Below, piece by piece: positions 46,386 through 55,984 of a stretch of 64,000 bases of DNA; the first letter of the stretch is position 1; every line of letters begins with the position of its first letter. The position numbers and the translations under genes were made by a program. The notes beneath the pieces were generated by a model. The model ran no database searches. It saw only the letters and a program-made list of their open reading frames with translations, and was not told the origin of the DNA. Source of the DNA: an uncultured Acidobacteriota bacterium (GTDB lineage Bacteria; Acidobacteriota; UBA6911); NCBI GenBank assembly GCA_963843575.1, contig CAWJKZ010000017.1, positions 192,001 to 256,000 on the forward strand. The letters are read 5' to 3'.

Positions 46386-49300
46386 ATGAGCGCACTGAGA
46401 AACCGGGCGGCGATCGCCGTCCTTTTCCTGTTCTCTTCACTTCTGGCCGAAGCAACGGCCTTTGCTGAAATCGACGCCCGCATGTTGCGTTACCCGGCAG
46501 TGTCGTCGGAGCGGATCGCGTTCGTCTACGCGGGCGATATCTGGCTGGTGGCCCGGAGAGGAGGAACGGCCGTACGCCTGAGTTCGTCAGCCGGGGAGGA
46601 GTCGTTCCCGCGCTTTTCCCCTGACGGCTCGAGGATCGCCTTCAGCGCCGCCTATGACGGCAATACCGACGTGTACGTCGTCGCGGTCTCCGGTGGCGAA
46701 CCGGTGCGGTTGACCTACCACCCTATGCCGGACCGCGTGGTCGGTTGGACGCCCGACGGCAAGCGCGTCCTTTTTGCCTCGGGCCGGGAAAGCGGCAGGC
46801 AGCGCTACAACCAGTTCTTCACGGTAGGGCTCGACGGCGGACTTCCCGAAAAACTTCCTGTCCCTTACGGCGAGTTCGGCGTGTATTCGCCGGACGGCAC
46901 CCAGTTCGTCTACATGCCGCAGTCGCAGGACTTCCGCACGTGGAAGCGCTACCGCGGCGGCTGGGCGCCCGACCTGTGGCTCTTCGACCTGAAGACGTAC
47001 GCGTCGCGCAACCTCACGAACGACCCGGCAAACGACGCGCAGCCCATGTGGCACGGGAAAACCTTGTATTTCCTGTCGGACCGCGGCGCGAACCAGCGCA
47101 ACAACATCTGGGCGTATGACCTGGCCAGCGGCAAGGTGCGGCAGGTCACCCAGTTCACCGACTTCGACCTCACTTTCCCGTCCCTCGGCCCCGACGCGAT
47201 CGTGTTCCAGGCCGGGGGCAGGCTGTACCTCCTGGATCTCTCCTCCGAGAAATCGACCGAGGTTCCCGTCCGCGTCGTCACCGACGAGTCGACGCTCCGG
47301 CCGAGGACTGCAAAGGCCGACGCGCTTATCGGCGGGGGCTCTGCCTCGCCATCCGGTAAGCGCGCGGTCTTCGAGGCGCGCGGCGACGTCTTCACGGTCC
47401 CGGCCGAAGAGGGGGCCGTCGTCAACGTGACGCGCTCTTCCGGCGTGTCCGAGCGCTACCCCCGCTGGTCCCCGGACGGCAAGACGCTTGCCTTCTGGAG
47501 CGATCGCAGCGGCGAATACGAACTGACACTCGCGCCCTCCGAAACTCCCGGTCGGGAGACGAAGCACACGTCTCTCGGCGCCGGCTTCCGCTACCCGCCG
47601 CGCTGGTCCCCGGACAACCGCAAGATCGCCTTCATCGATCAGGCGATGCGCATCCGCATCCTCGAACTGGACGGCGACCGCATCACCGATGTCGACAGGA
47701 GCCCTCAGTGGATCGCCCATGGCGGCCTCGAGAGCTTCGTCATGAACTGGTCCCCGGATTCGCGCTGGCTGACCTACGCCCGCCCCACCGTCTCGGGCAA
47801 CAACGCGATCTTCCTCTACGACACCCGGAATGCGAAGCTGCACCAGGCGACGGCCGGATACCTGAACGACGCCCAGCCGGTGTTCGACCCCGACGGCAAG
47901 TACCTGTTTTATGCCTCGGATCGCGAGTTCGAGCCCGTCTACGGCAGTTTCGACAACAGCTGGACCTACCCCAACCCGACGCGGCTCGTCGCCGTGCCCC
48001 TGCGCAAGGACGTGAAGTCGCCGCTCGCGGCCCGCAACAACGCCGAAAACCCGGCGCTCGACACCGCCAAGAAGGATGAACCGAAGCCGGGCCAGGGAAA
48101 GGACAAAGAAGGCGAAAAGAAAGAGCAGGCGGCTGCCGCTCCCCCTCCGGCCCCAGTCGAGATCGACCTCGACGGCTTCGAGGCACGCGCGGTCGTGCTC
48201 CCTCCCAAGGCCGGAAACTACGCCGACCTTTCGGCCGTCAAGGACAAGCTGCTCTACCGCCGCCTGCCCCGCACCGGCTCGGGGGAAGAGAAGAACCCGG
48301 TCGTCTATTTCGATCTCGAGGCGCGGGAGGAGAAGAAGGTCCTCGACGACGCCGACGGCCTCGAAAGCACCTTCGACGGCAAGAAGCTGTTTGTCGCGAC
48401 CAAAGGGAAATTCGCGATGGTCGACATCAAGCCGGACCAGAAAGTCGAGAAGACGATGCCCACCGGCGACATGGAGGTCCCGGTGGACCCGCGCGCCGAG
48501 TGGAGGCAGATGTTCACCGACACCTACCGGTTCGAGCGCGATTTCTTCTACGACCCGAACATGCACGGGGTCGACTGGGCGGGGCTGCGCACACGCTACG
48601 CCAAGCTGCTGGAGGACGCGGTTACACGCTGGGACGTGAATTTCGTGCTGGGTGAGTTTATCGCCGAGCTTAACGCCTCCCACACCTACCGTGGCGGCGG
48701 CGACGAGGAACACCCGCCGGCGCGGTCGGTCGGGATGCTCGGGGTCGATTGGGAGCTCTCCGGCGGCGCCTACCGGGTGAAACGGATCATCCGCGGCGGG
48801 CCGTGGGACGTCTCGGTGCGCTCGCCCCTGGACGAGCCCGGCGTCAATGTCAGGGAAGGCGAGTATATCCTCGCCGTCAACGGCGTCCCCATCGACGCCA
48901 AACTGGACCCCTGGGCGGCGTTCCAGGGGCTGGGAGAGAAGACCGTCGTCCTCACCGTCAACGCCACCCCATCTCCGGAGGGCGCGCGCCAGGTCGTCGT
49001 CAAGACGCTGGGCGACGAAACCGAGCTTCGCTTCCGGGCCTGGATCGAAGAGCGCCGGCAGCGCGTCGACCAGGCGACTGGCGGCAAGGTGGGCTACATC
49101 TACGTCCAGAGCACGGGCCGGGACGCGCAGAATGAACTCGTCAAACAGTTCATGGCGCAGTGGAAGAAGGACGGCCTGGTCATCGACGAGCGATTCAACA
49201 GCGGCGGGCAGATCCCGGACCGGTTCATCGAGCTGCTCAATCGGCCGATACTCTCCTACTGGGCCGTCCGGGACGGCCCGAGCCAGCAGTGGCCGCCGGT

Positions 49301-49697
49301 CGCCCACCGCGGCCCCCAGGTCATGCTGATCAACGGCTGGAGCGGGTCGGGAGGGGACGCCTTCCCGTTCTATTTTCGTGAAGCCGGACTGGGACCGCTG
49401 ATCGGCACCCGCACCTGGGGCGGGTTGATCGGCATCAGCGGTGCACCCGCGCTGACCGACGGCGGCGGCGTAACCGTACCGACCTTCCGCATGTACGATC
49501 CGAAAGGGCGCTGGTTCGCGGAAGGCCACGGCGTCGACCCCGATATTAAGGTCGACGAGGACCCGACGCAGCTGGCCAAGGGAGGAGATCCGCAACTCGA
49601 GCGGGCGATCAAGGTGGTGACCGACGGGATCGCAAAGCAGGCACCGGCCCCGCCGCGCCCGCCGTACGAAAAGCGCGTCCCAGGCATCGCGCCATAG
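46386..49697 (+). CDS. Tricorn protease homologue (S41 family)
   Basis: PD40 propeller repeats (PRFSPDG), SHT, PDZ domain, DERFNSGG, GSGGD catalytic Ser and GTRTWGG. Confidence 0.95.
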   Translation: MSALRNRAAIAVLFLFSSLLAEATAFAEIDARMLRYPAVSSERIAFVYAGDIWLVARRGGTAVRLSSSAGEESFPRFSPDGSRIAFSAAYDGNTDVYVVAVSGGEPVRLTYHPMPDRVVGWTPDGKRVLFASGRESGRQRYNQFFTVGLDGGLPEKLPVPYGEFGVYSPDGTQFVYMPQSQDFRTWKRYRGGWAPDLWLFDLKTYASRNLTNDPANDAQPMWHGKTLYFLSDRGANQRNNIWAYDLASGKVRQVTQFTDFDLTFPSLGPDAIVFQAGGRLYLLDLSSEKSTEVPVRVVTDESTLRPRTAKADALIGGGSASPSGKRAVFEARGDVFTVPAEEGAVVNVTRSSGVSERYPRWSPDGKTLAFWSDRSGEYELTLAPSETPGRETKHTSLGAGFRYPPRWSPDNRKIAFIDQAMRIRILELDGDRITDVDRSPQWIAHGGLESFVMNWSPDSRWLTYARPTVSGNNAIFLYDTRNAKLHQATAGYLNDAQPVFDPDGKYLFYASDREFEPVYGSFDNSWTYPNPTRLVAVPLRKDVKSPLAARNNAENPALDTAKKDEPKPGQGKDKEGEKKEQAAAAPPPAPVEIDLDGFEARAVVLPPKAGNYADLSAVKDKLLYRRLPRTGSGEEKNPVVYFDLEAREEKKVLDDADGLESTFDGKKLFVATKGKFAMVDIKPDQKVEKTMPTGDMEVPVDPRAEWRQMFTDTYRFERDFFYDPNMHGVDWAGLRTRYAKLLEDAVTRWDVNFVLGEFIAELNASHTYRGGGDEEHPPARSVGMLGVDWELSGGAYRVKRIIRGGPWDVSVRSPLDEPGVNVREGEYILAVNGVPIDAKLDPWAAFQGLGEKTVVLTVNATPSPEGARQVVVKTLGDETELRFRAWIEERRQRVDQATGGKVGYIYVQSTGRDAQNELVKQFMAQWKKDGLVIDERFNSGGQIPDRFIELLNRPILSYWAVRDGPSQQWPPVAHRGPQVMLINGWSGSGGDAFPFYFREAGLGPLIGTRTWGGLIGISGAPALTDGGGVTVPTFRMYDPKGRWFAEGHGVDPDIKVDEDPTQLAKGGDPQLERAIKVVTDGIAKQAPAPPRPPYEKRVPGIAP

Positions 49698-49707
49698 CCA
49701 GAGTGAA

Positions 49708-49734
49708 GTGGGCCGCGGCGTCTCGCCGCGGCCC
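49708..49734 (+). repeat. REP-like palindrome, family A
   Basis: GTGGGCCGCGGCG-TCT-CGCCGCGGCCC, followed by a second GTGGGCGGG/CCCGCCCAC hairpin at 49750-49772, between convergent genes. Confidence 0.75.
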
Positions 49735-49776
49735 CCGAGACGTCCGGGCGTGGGCGGGCCGCCCCCGCCCACTTGC

Positions 49777-50560
49777 TTACATCGGCTTCAACGCGATGAC
49801 CGCGACCACGGCACCGGTCGGGTCCTGAAGCACCGAGAAGCGCCCGGTACCCGGCACGTCCTGCGGCGGCACCAGCACCTTCCCGCCAAGGGCCTGGGCA
49901 CGCGCTACCGATGAGTTGCAGTCGGCCACCGAGAGGTACGACATCCAGTTCGGCGGCACACCCTGCATCTGCGGCCCCTCGATCTTCATCATGCCGGCGG
50001 CGGGTTTGCCGTCGAGTTGGAACACGGTGTACGTCATGCCCGGGCCCATCGGCATCTCCGTGTGGGTCCAGCCCAGCAGCGCCTCGTAGAAGTTCCGCGC
50101 ACCCTCGACGCTGGTGGTCATCAATTCGGTCCAGGCGAAAGCTCCCGGCTTGGGCGACAGGCGCGCGGAGCCCTGGTGTTCCCGCCCCATGAATACGGCG
50201 AAATGCGCTCCCTGCGGATCCTGCAGGAACGCCATGCGCCCGACGTTGGGAACATCCATCGGGGGCGCAACGATCTTGCCACCCAACGCGGCCGCCTTGC
50301 CGACAGTGGCGTCCACGTCGTTCACCCACACGTAGGCCATCCAGTGCGGGGGCACCCCTTCGAACTGCGGGCCGCCCATCTGGTAACCCCCGCCGACATC
50401 CTTGCCCTCGAGCTGGAAAATGTAATAGATCCCATGCTCACCCATGTCATGTTCGTGGGTTCCCCAGCCCATCCAGCTGCGTGTAGAACTGACGCGCCGC
50501 CTTGATGTCCCGCGTCCCGAGCTCGTACCAGCAAAACTCCCCCTGCCTGTAGTCCGCCAT
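49777..50560 (-). CDS. VOC/glyoxalase family two-domain protein, with a +1 frameshift near 50473
   Basis: MADYRQGEFCWYELGTRD start after GGAGG; duplicated W.EL...FY...GW and DP.GA motifs. Confidence 0.88.
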
Positions 50561-50609
50561 GTTTCCTCCCCTCGGATAGTTGAGCTGCCTGGCATGCTTC
50601 GTTCACCAA

Positions 50610-50638
50610 ACTTTAGGTTCCCGGGGTCTCCGGGTCAA
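50610..50638 (-). promoter_or_regulatory. Sigma70 promoter of the VOC gene
   Basis: TTGACC-N17-TAAAGT on the minus strand. Confidence 0.55.
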
Positions 50639-50803
50639 GGGCCCAGGAGGAGCGGGCCGGGCGGCCACGGGGGCAGCCCGGACAGCTCCTTGGCCCTCTC
50701 CGGGTTGAGGCTAAGAATTAAGAGATTGTCTTCCAGGAGGAGCGGCATGACACTTGCGGAACTGGCGCGCTTTGCGCTCCGCATCAGTCAGCGCGGGGCG
50801 GCT

Positions 50804-51223
50804 TCAGGGCTGGGGGCGTGGCCCGGGGACCGGGCCATCTCCCGGAGGCCGCCAGCGCCCCATCCTGCGGTCCATCTCGCGCACCAGTTCCTCGAATTTC
50901 TTTTTCTGGGGTTCGTCGAGTATCGCCAGGATGCGGGCGTCGGTTTCGACGCGGATGGCTTTGAATTTCGGCGCGCTTTCGGCCTGGAGAGCCTCCATCC
51001 GGCTCCGGGACTCCTCCATGATGGTGTCGAAGCTCTTCTGCTGCTCGGGCGAGAGATGGAGCACATCGAGCATCCTCGGCCTGCCGCCCTTGCCGGGAGG
51101 GCCAAATGGGCGGTCGCTGGCCGAAGCACGGAGGGTGTACAGGTGATATGCCGCCGCCCCGATCACGCTCCCCAGTAGGAATACCGCAATCAGCACGGTC
51201 AAAGCCCGAGCGCGCTCAGTCAT
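50804..51223 (-). CDS. Periplasmic Spy/CpxP/heavy-metal-binding-like helical protein
   Basis: N-terminal TM segment; LHLSPEQ and ILDEPQ motifs (LTxxQ-like). Confidence 0.7.
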   Translation of the reverse strand: MTERARALTVLIAVFLLGSVIGAAAYHLYTLRASASDRPFGPPGKGGRPRMLDVLHLSPEQQKSFDTIMEESRSRMEALQAESAPKFKAIRVETDARILAILDEPQKKKFEELVREMDRRMGRWRPPGDGPVPGPRPQP

Positions 51224-51668
51224 ACTTGTCCCCACGCATTGACACCAGGGCGCGGAATTCGTCGTAGCCCTGGACTTTCTCCCCCCGAACCAGCTGTTCG
51301 CTTTCCTCCACCAGCAACTCGTACTTGCCGTAGGTCGGTGAAGCCGTGCGGGAAGAGACCAGGACGAGGGCCGCGAAAATACAGGCGGCGAGCGCCGCGA
51401 CGGCCCAGGCTTGGCGAAGCGGCAGCCACGACAGTAGAATGCGGTCCCAGGACTGGCCGCCGGCGAATGCCTTCGCGGCAACCCGGGTGGCGAACATTGC
51501 CGGTATTGCGGGTTCGGCGACGTCTATCGCCCGGACCAGGTTGTCGAGCAAGCGCATGCGCAGCAGGCACTCGCCACAGCCGGGAAGGTGCTCCTCGAAG
51601 GCGGCCCGCTGCGCGGGATCCATTTCCCCGTCCCGATACTGGTCAAACTGAGTGCAAACCCGTTTCAT
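51216..51668 (-). CDS. zf-HC2 (ZAS) anti-sigma factor
   Basis: FEEHLPGCGEC (HxxxCxxC) and a single TM helix; overlaps the sigma gene stop. Confidence 0.88.
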   Translation of the reverse strand: MKRVCTQFDQYRDGEMDPAQRAAFEEHLPGCGECLLRMRLLDNLVRAIDVAEPAIPAMFATRVAAKAFAGGQSWDRILLSWLPLRQAWAVAALAACIFAALVLVSSRTASPTYGKYELLVEESEQLVRGEKVQGYDEFRALVSMRGDKYD

Positions 51669-52276
51669 CCTTTTCTCTTCAACAGACCGTCGAGGTGGAG
51701 CCGAAACCGCCGCTGGATCTCGGCGCGCGCCCGGCACACGCGGCCGCGCGCCCCAGCCTCGGCGAGGCCGAGCTGCCTCGCGATGTCAGGATAAGCCCAT
51801 CCCTCGATTTCGCGCAACACCAATGCCGACCTGTACTTAGGTTTCAACTCATCGACCAGGGAAAGCGCGATGCGCTGGTATTCCTCCGGCCCGTCCGTGA
51901 TCAATGACTCGAAGTCGCCGTTGAGCGACATGCCCTTGAGCAGCCGCTCCTGCTCTCCCTCCTCAAGTTCCGACCACAGGCGGCAGGGACGCGCCTTCCT
52001 GCTGCGCAGCTGGTCGATGCAATAATTCGCGGTGATACGCCTGATCCAGGCGCCGAACGGGTACGCCGGGTTGAACCGCTTCAGCGAAACGAACGCCCTG
52101 AGAAAGACTTCCTGGACCGCATCCTCGATCTCGCTCGAGTTGCCCAGGATGCGCCGCGCCGTGCGCCAGACGGGTGTCTGATAACGCCGGACTAATTCCG
52201 CGAAGGCCCGTTCATCCTTCTGCAGGGTGCGTTCGACCAGGACCGCGTCTTCGGGCGCCGCCGTTACTTCATCCAT
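51665..52276 (-). CDS. ECF RNA polymerase sigma factor
   Basis: AFAELVRRY, EDAVQEVF, WIRRITAN and LREIEG..Y..IA motifs. Confidence 0.92.
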   Translation of the reverse strand: MDEVTAAPEDAVLVERTLQKDERAFAELVRRYQTPVWRTARRILGNSSEIEDAVQEVFLRAFVSLKRFNPAYPFGAWIRRITANYCIDQLRSRKARPCRLWSELEEGEQERLLKGMSLNGDFESLITDGPEEYQRIALSLVDELKPKYRSALVLREIEGWAYPDIARQLGLAEAGARGRVCRARAEIQRRFRLHLDGLLKRKG

Positions 52277-52328
52277 ACGAGGGAGAGCGCAAATGTAACA
52301 GGAAATAGGAAAAAAACCGTGCCTACTA

Positions 52329-52357
52329 TTCGATATTCCCTCCGCGGAAAGAGTTCA
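52329..52357 (-). promoter_or_regulatory. Possible ECF (sigmaE-like) autoregulatory promoter
   Basis: TGAACTC-N17-TCGAA upstream of the sigma gene; resembles the GAACTT/TCAAA consensus. Confidence 0.3.
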
Positions 52358-52385
52358 GAAAATTCTTCGAGCCGCCACGGAAACG

Positions 52386-55300
52386 TCAGAAGTCAAATCT
52401 CACCGCCGCCTGGATCTGGCGCGGGTAGCCCCGGACCGAGCTGAACCGGCCGAAGGAGGTCAGTTCGCTCAGATTTGATCCGGGCACCCCGAAATTCGTG
52501 TGATTCAGTACGTTATATACCTCCGCGCGCACGGAAACACGGCTGCGTCCCCGCACCGCGAAGCTCTTGACCAGCGACATATCGAAGTTGAAATAGTTCG
52601 GACCGATGAAGGCGTTGCGTCCCGACGAGCCGACCTGGCCTGCGGCCGGGAGGCTGAAATTGCCCAGATCGTCCGCCGAAAACCAGTACACGCCGTCGCT
52701 GGCGCGGATGAGCGCGCCCGCCTTGTTGCTCCCGGCGTAGTCGGCCCTGCTCGCGATCCCGGCCCGCGCCGTCTCCAGGCCCGAACTCACGCTGAAGCGT
52801 TCGCCATTCTCCCACACGCTGAGCACGCCGACGGTCCAGCCGCTGATCATGCGTTTGAACACGTTGGCATCGGCCTCAGGGCGGGGGAGCATGTACAACA
52901 GCCAGGAGTTGAACACGCGCGGACGGTCCGTGTCGCTGGGCGCCCTGTTCGCCTCGGGGACGAAGCTGTCGATCGGGAGCGCACACGCGGCGCAGTTTCC
53001 CCCTGGCACGTTGTCGAGGGACTTGCTCCACGTGTAGTGCGCATACACCTTCAGCGGCCCGGATATACGTCGTGCGCTGACCTGAAGGGAATCATAGGAC
53101 GAACGCCCGTCGTTGGTCCCCACAACGAACCTGTCGTACTGGGGGAAATTGCGCAAATAGAAGTCGCTGACGGAGGCGGAGGCGTAATTCCCGTAGAAGA
53201 GACGGTCGACCGTGTCCGCCGCGCTCCCGGCCAGCCCCTGGTCAAGCGCGCTGCCGCCCATGGCGCGCACCGCCGCGCCCACCGACCCGAACATCTTCAC
53301 CAACGCGTTGGTCGAGGAAACCGGTGTGCCGCCGGCCCGGAAGTTCTGGATCTCCTTGAACGCCTGCAGGAAGCCGCCGTCGATCTTGAGCTGGTTCAGG
53401 TCCGCGTTCATGAAGAGGCTGCGGCCGCGCTGACCCGCGTAGCCGACCTCGAGGAACGTGTCGCGCACCACCTCCCGCTGTATGCTCAGGTTGAAATGGC
53501 GGACGTAGCCGGTTTCCAGGTCCTGCAGGAAAACCGCGGCGGATGTGGACCGGGTCGAAGGCAACGTCAGGACCGGCGTGCCCGGGGGCGAGGCCGACGG
53601 GACGCCATCGCTCAATCGCAGGTCGCCACCAGCCGCGTTGGGGTAACTCGTCACGGTCACAAAGCTGCCCGGGGTGTTGTCGTTCACGAAGTTCGCGGCG
53701 GTACCCGGGAGACGGTCGAAAAAGAGGCCGAACCCGCCTCGCACCACCATCTTGGAGCTGTTGCGGGGTGACCAGGCGAATCCTGCGCGCGGGGCGAAGT
53801 TGTTCGCGTCTTTCTTGTACCACGCGCTTCCGCGCTGCACCGTGAAGTTCGCGATGTGGGCGGTCGGGCCGATGGAACCGGCCTGGTCAAGCGCGCCGAT
53901 GATGCCATCGCGCTCCGAGGGAACGCCGCCCAGCTCGTAGCGGACGCCGACATTCAGGGTCACGTTCGGCCTGAATTTCCAGTCGTCCTGCAGGAACACG
54001 CCATATTCACGAAACGCGAAATCGCGCACGCCCGCGCTCCCCGGCCCCAGATAGGATTGAAGGTCACCGTAAAACGTCTGCGTCACCCGGTCCATCCGGC
54101 CCAGCAGGTCGTTGTACAGGTTTTCGAACACCTGGCGGTCGCTCTGCGTGATCGTGCTCCCTGAGGGTCCGATCGAGGTCGCCGGGACGTTGCCGTTTGC
54201 CCGGGCAAGAGTCACATCGGGCCAGGTTCCCGCCTGGTTGGAGCTCTTCTGCCGCGTGTAACGGAAGTCGGCGCCGGCCTTCAGCGTGTGGTTGCCGCGG
54301 GCCTGGGTCAGGTTGTCCTCGAACTGAGTCACGGGCGAGTTGCGCCGGCGCCCGAACGAAGGGTCGACCGGGTCGGTCCACGAGTTGGCCAGGAACATCG
54401 GCCCCGAAAGCCGGGCAGGACGGTCGAGGTTCACCTCGGCGGTCCGGTACCCGGCTCGGAACTGGTTGACCGTGCGCGGCGAGACGACCCAGTCCGAGCC
54501 TCCCGCAAAGCCCTGGCTGCGCTGCTCTGTGGTCCCTTCCGCCGAGTCTGGATAGCGCGCGTCCGCCGCAGCATCGACCCCGCTGATATCCGACCAGTTG
54601 TACCGGAAAAACAGATGGTGGCCTGGCGAGACTGCGCGGTCCGCTCGAAAGGTAACCTGGTCGCTGTGGCTACCGTCGCCGCTGTTGAATCGGTATCCCG
54701 CCGTATTGACGGTGTCGCCCACGTCCTCGTTGTTCGGCTCGGGCATCAGCTTCAGGACCGAGGCGACCTGGGGGTCGATGCCGAGCCCGCGCGGATCGTT
54801 GCGAACGATGTCGAACGAGCTCAGGCTCGACCCGCCCGGAGCAGTCCAGCGGAAGATCCCCTCCCTGGCCTCGGCGGTGAGTACGGTCCGGTTCCGCACG
54901 GTTTCGTGCGCGGTGCGCCGTCCCTCGTAGTTGCCGAGGACGAAGATGCCGCTGTCGCCGACCGGGCCGCCGGCCGAGACACCGAACCGGTTCTGGTTGT
55001 ATTTCGGCCTTGAGAGATTCCCCGAGTTATTAAAGAAATCGTTCGCGTTCAGAGCCTTGTTGCGGAAATAGTCGAACGCGGAGCCGTGCCAGCGTGTCTC
55101 GCCGCCCCGGGTGGACAGCAGCACTTGCGCCCCGGCATTCCGTCCGAACTCGGCCTTGGCCAGGCTGGTGACGACGGAAAAAAGTCCGATCGAGTCGGGG
55201 TTGATCCCGGTCACCGAAAGCCCCAGCCTCGGTTCGACCGCGTCGTTGACGTCGAGGCCGTCCAGCGTGACATTATTGCTTCCCAGGCGGTTGCCGTTGA

Positions 55301-55820
55301 CATGCGAGGAACCCGAATCCCCTCCCCGGATTTCGACGCCGGCCTGGAATACAGCCAGATCCAGCGGATTTCGGTCGAGCAGGGGCAGGGCACCCAATTC
55401 GTGCCCCAAGAAAGCGCCGCCCGGCGCGGATTCCAGGGTGTCGAGACGGCCTTGACGCGCCTGCACGGTTTCCCCCTCGGTCGCCTCCCCGGGCGTAAGG
55501 ACGAAGTCTTCCGCGACGGCGCCCGCCATTACGGCCGGAACTCCCTCGTGGGTCACGGGTCGAAGCCCCTTGGCTTGGGCCGTGACCGTATAGCTGCCGG
55601 GAGGCAAGGCCGGAAACGAGAACCTGCCCCCGTCGTCGGTTTCCACGCGCGTGCTCCAAGGGGTCCCGGTGAGCGTGGCCGTGACGGCGGCGCCGGCAAT
55701 GCCGGTGCCCGCGGAGTTCTGGACCGTGCCTTCGATGCGCGCGGCCGGGATCTGGGCGTCAAGCGCCTTTGGCAGTATCAGCGCTAGGAGTGCGACAAGT
55801 ACGGTACGGCTTAGAGACAC
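52386..55820 (-). CDS. TonB-dependent receptor with an N-terminal carboxypeptidase-regulatory-like domain
   Basis: G.F.FPALPPGSYTVT, KAEFGRNAGAQ, NNFAPRAGFAW and C-terminal PRQIQAAVRFDF; GTG start after GGAGGGAG. Confidence 0.92.
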   Translation of the reverse strand: MSLSRTVLVALLALILPKALDAQIPAARIEGTVQNSAGTGIAGAAVTATLTGTPWSTRVETDDGGRFSFPALPPGSYTVTAQAKGLRPVTHEGVPAVMAGAVAEDFVLTPGEATEGETVQARQGRLDTLESAPGGAFLGHELGALPLLDRNPLDLAVFQAGVEIRGGDSGSSHVNGNRLGSNNVTLDGLDVNDAVEPRLGLSVTGINPDSIGLFSVVTSLAKAEFGRNAGAQVLLSTRGGETRWHGSAFDYFRNKALNANDFFNNSGNLSRPKYNQNRFGVSAGGPVGDSGIFVLGNYEGRRTAHETVRNRTVLTAEAREGIFRWTAPGGSSLSSFDIVRNDPRGLGIDPQVASVLKLMPEPNNEDVGDTVNTAGYRFNSGDGSHSDQVTFRADRAVSPGHHLFFRYNWSDISGVDAAADARYPDSAEGTTEQRSQGFAGGSDWVVSPRTVNQFRAGYRTAEVNLDRPARLSGPMFLANSWTDPVDPSFGRRRNSPVTQFEDNLTQARGNHTLKAGADFRYTRQKSSNQAGTWPDVTLARANGNVPATSIGPSGSTITQSDRQVFENLYNDLLGRMDRVTQTFYGDLQSYLGPGSAGVRDFAFREYGVFLQDDWKFRPNVTLNVGVRYELGGVPSERDGIIGALDQAGSIGPTAHIANFTVQRGSAWYKKDANNFAPRAGFAWSPRNSSKMVVRGGFGLFFDRLPGTAANFVNDNTPGSFVTVTSYPNAAGGDLRLSDGVPSASPPGTPVLTLPSTRSTSAAVFLQDLETGYVRHFNLSIQREVVRDTFLEVGYAGQRGRSLFMNADLNQLKIDGGFLQAFKEIQNFRAGGTPVSSTNALVKMFGSVGAAVRAMGGSALDQGLAGSAADTVDRLFYGNYASASVSDFYLRNFPQYDRFVVGTNDGRSSYDSLQVSARRISGPLKVYAHYTWSKSLDNVPGGNCAACALPIDSFVPEANRAPSDTDRPRVFNSWLLYMLPRPEADANVFKRMISGWTVGVLSVWENGERFSVSSGLETARAGIASRADYAGSNKAGALIRASDGVYWFSADDLGNFSLPAAGQVGSSGRNAFIGPNYFNFDMSLVKSFAVRGRSRVSVRAEVYNVLNHTNFGVPGSNLSELTSFGRFSSVRGYPRQIQAAVRFDF

Positions 55821-55984
55821 TTCTCCCTCCCGGATGCAAATTCCCTCTCGCTTTCTTGCTACATACGGAACGGGGGCGAATTGTGACGATTTAGCGCAGC
55901 AAGAGTCCAAAATAAATGTCACGAACCCCAGATCAAACGTATAGGACTGGTGTACTCCGACACTTCGAATTGGAGATGTGTGTC

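Noticed and set aside
46587-49772. 1061-aa antisense ORF over tricorn, and similar long shadow ORFs (e.g. 18480-20258, 27310-28899, 40787-42232)
   Set aside because: These are expected by-products of high-GC codon bias overlapping well-supported genes; they are Arg/Gly/Pro-rich with no motifs.
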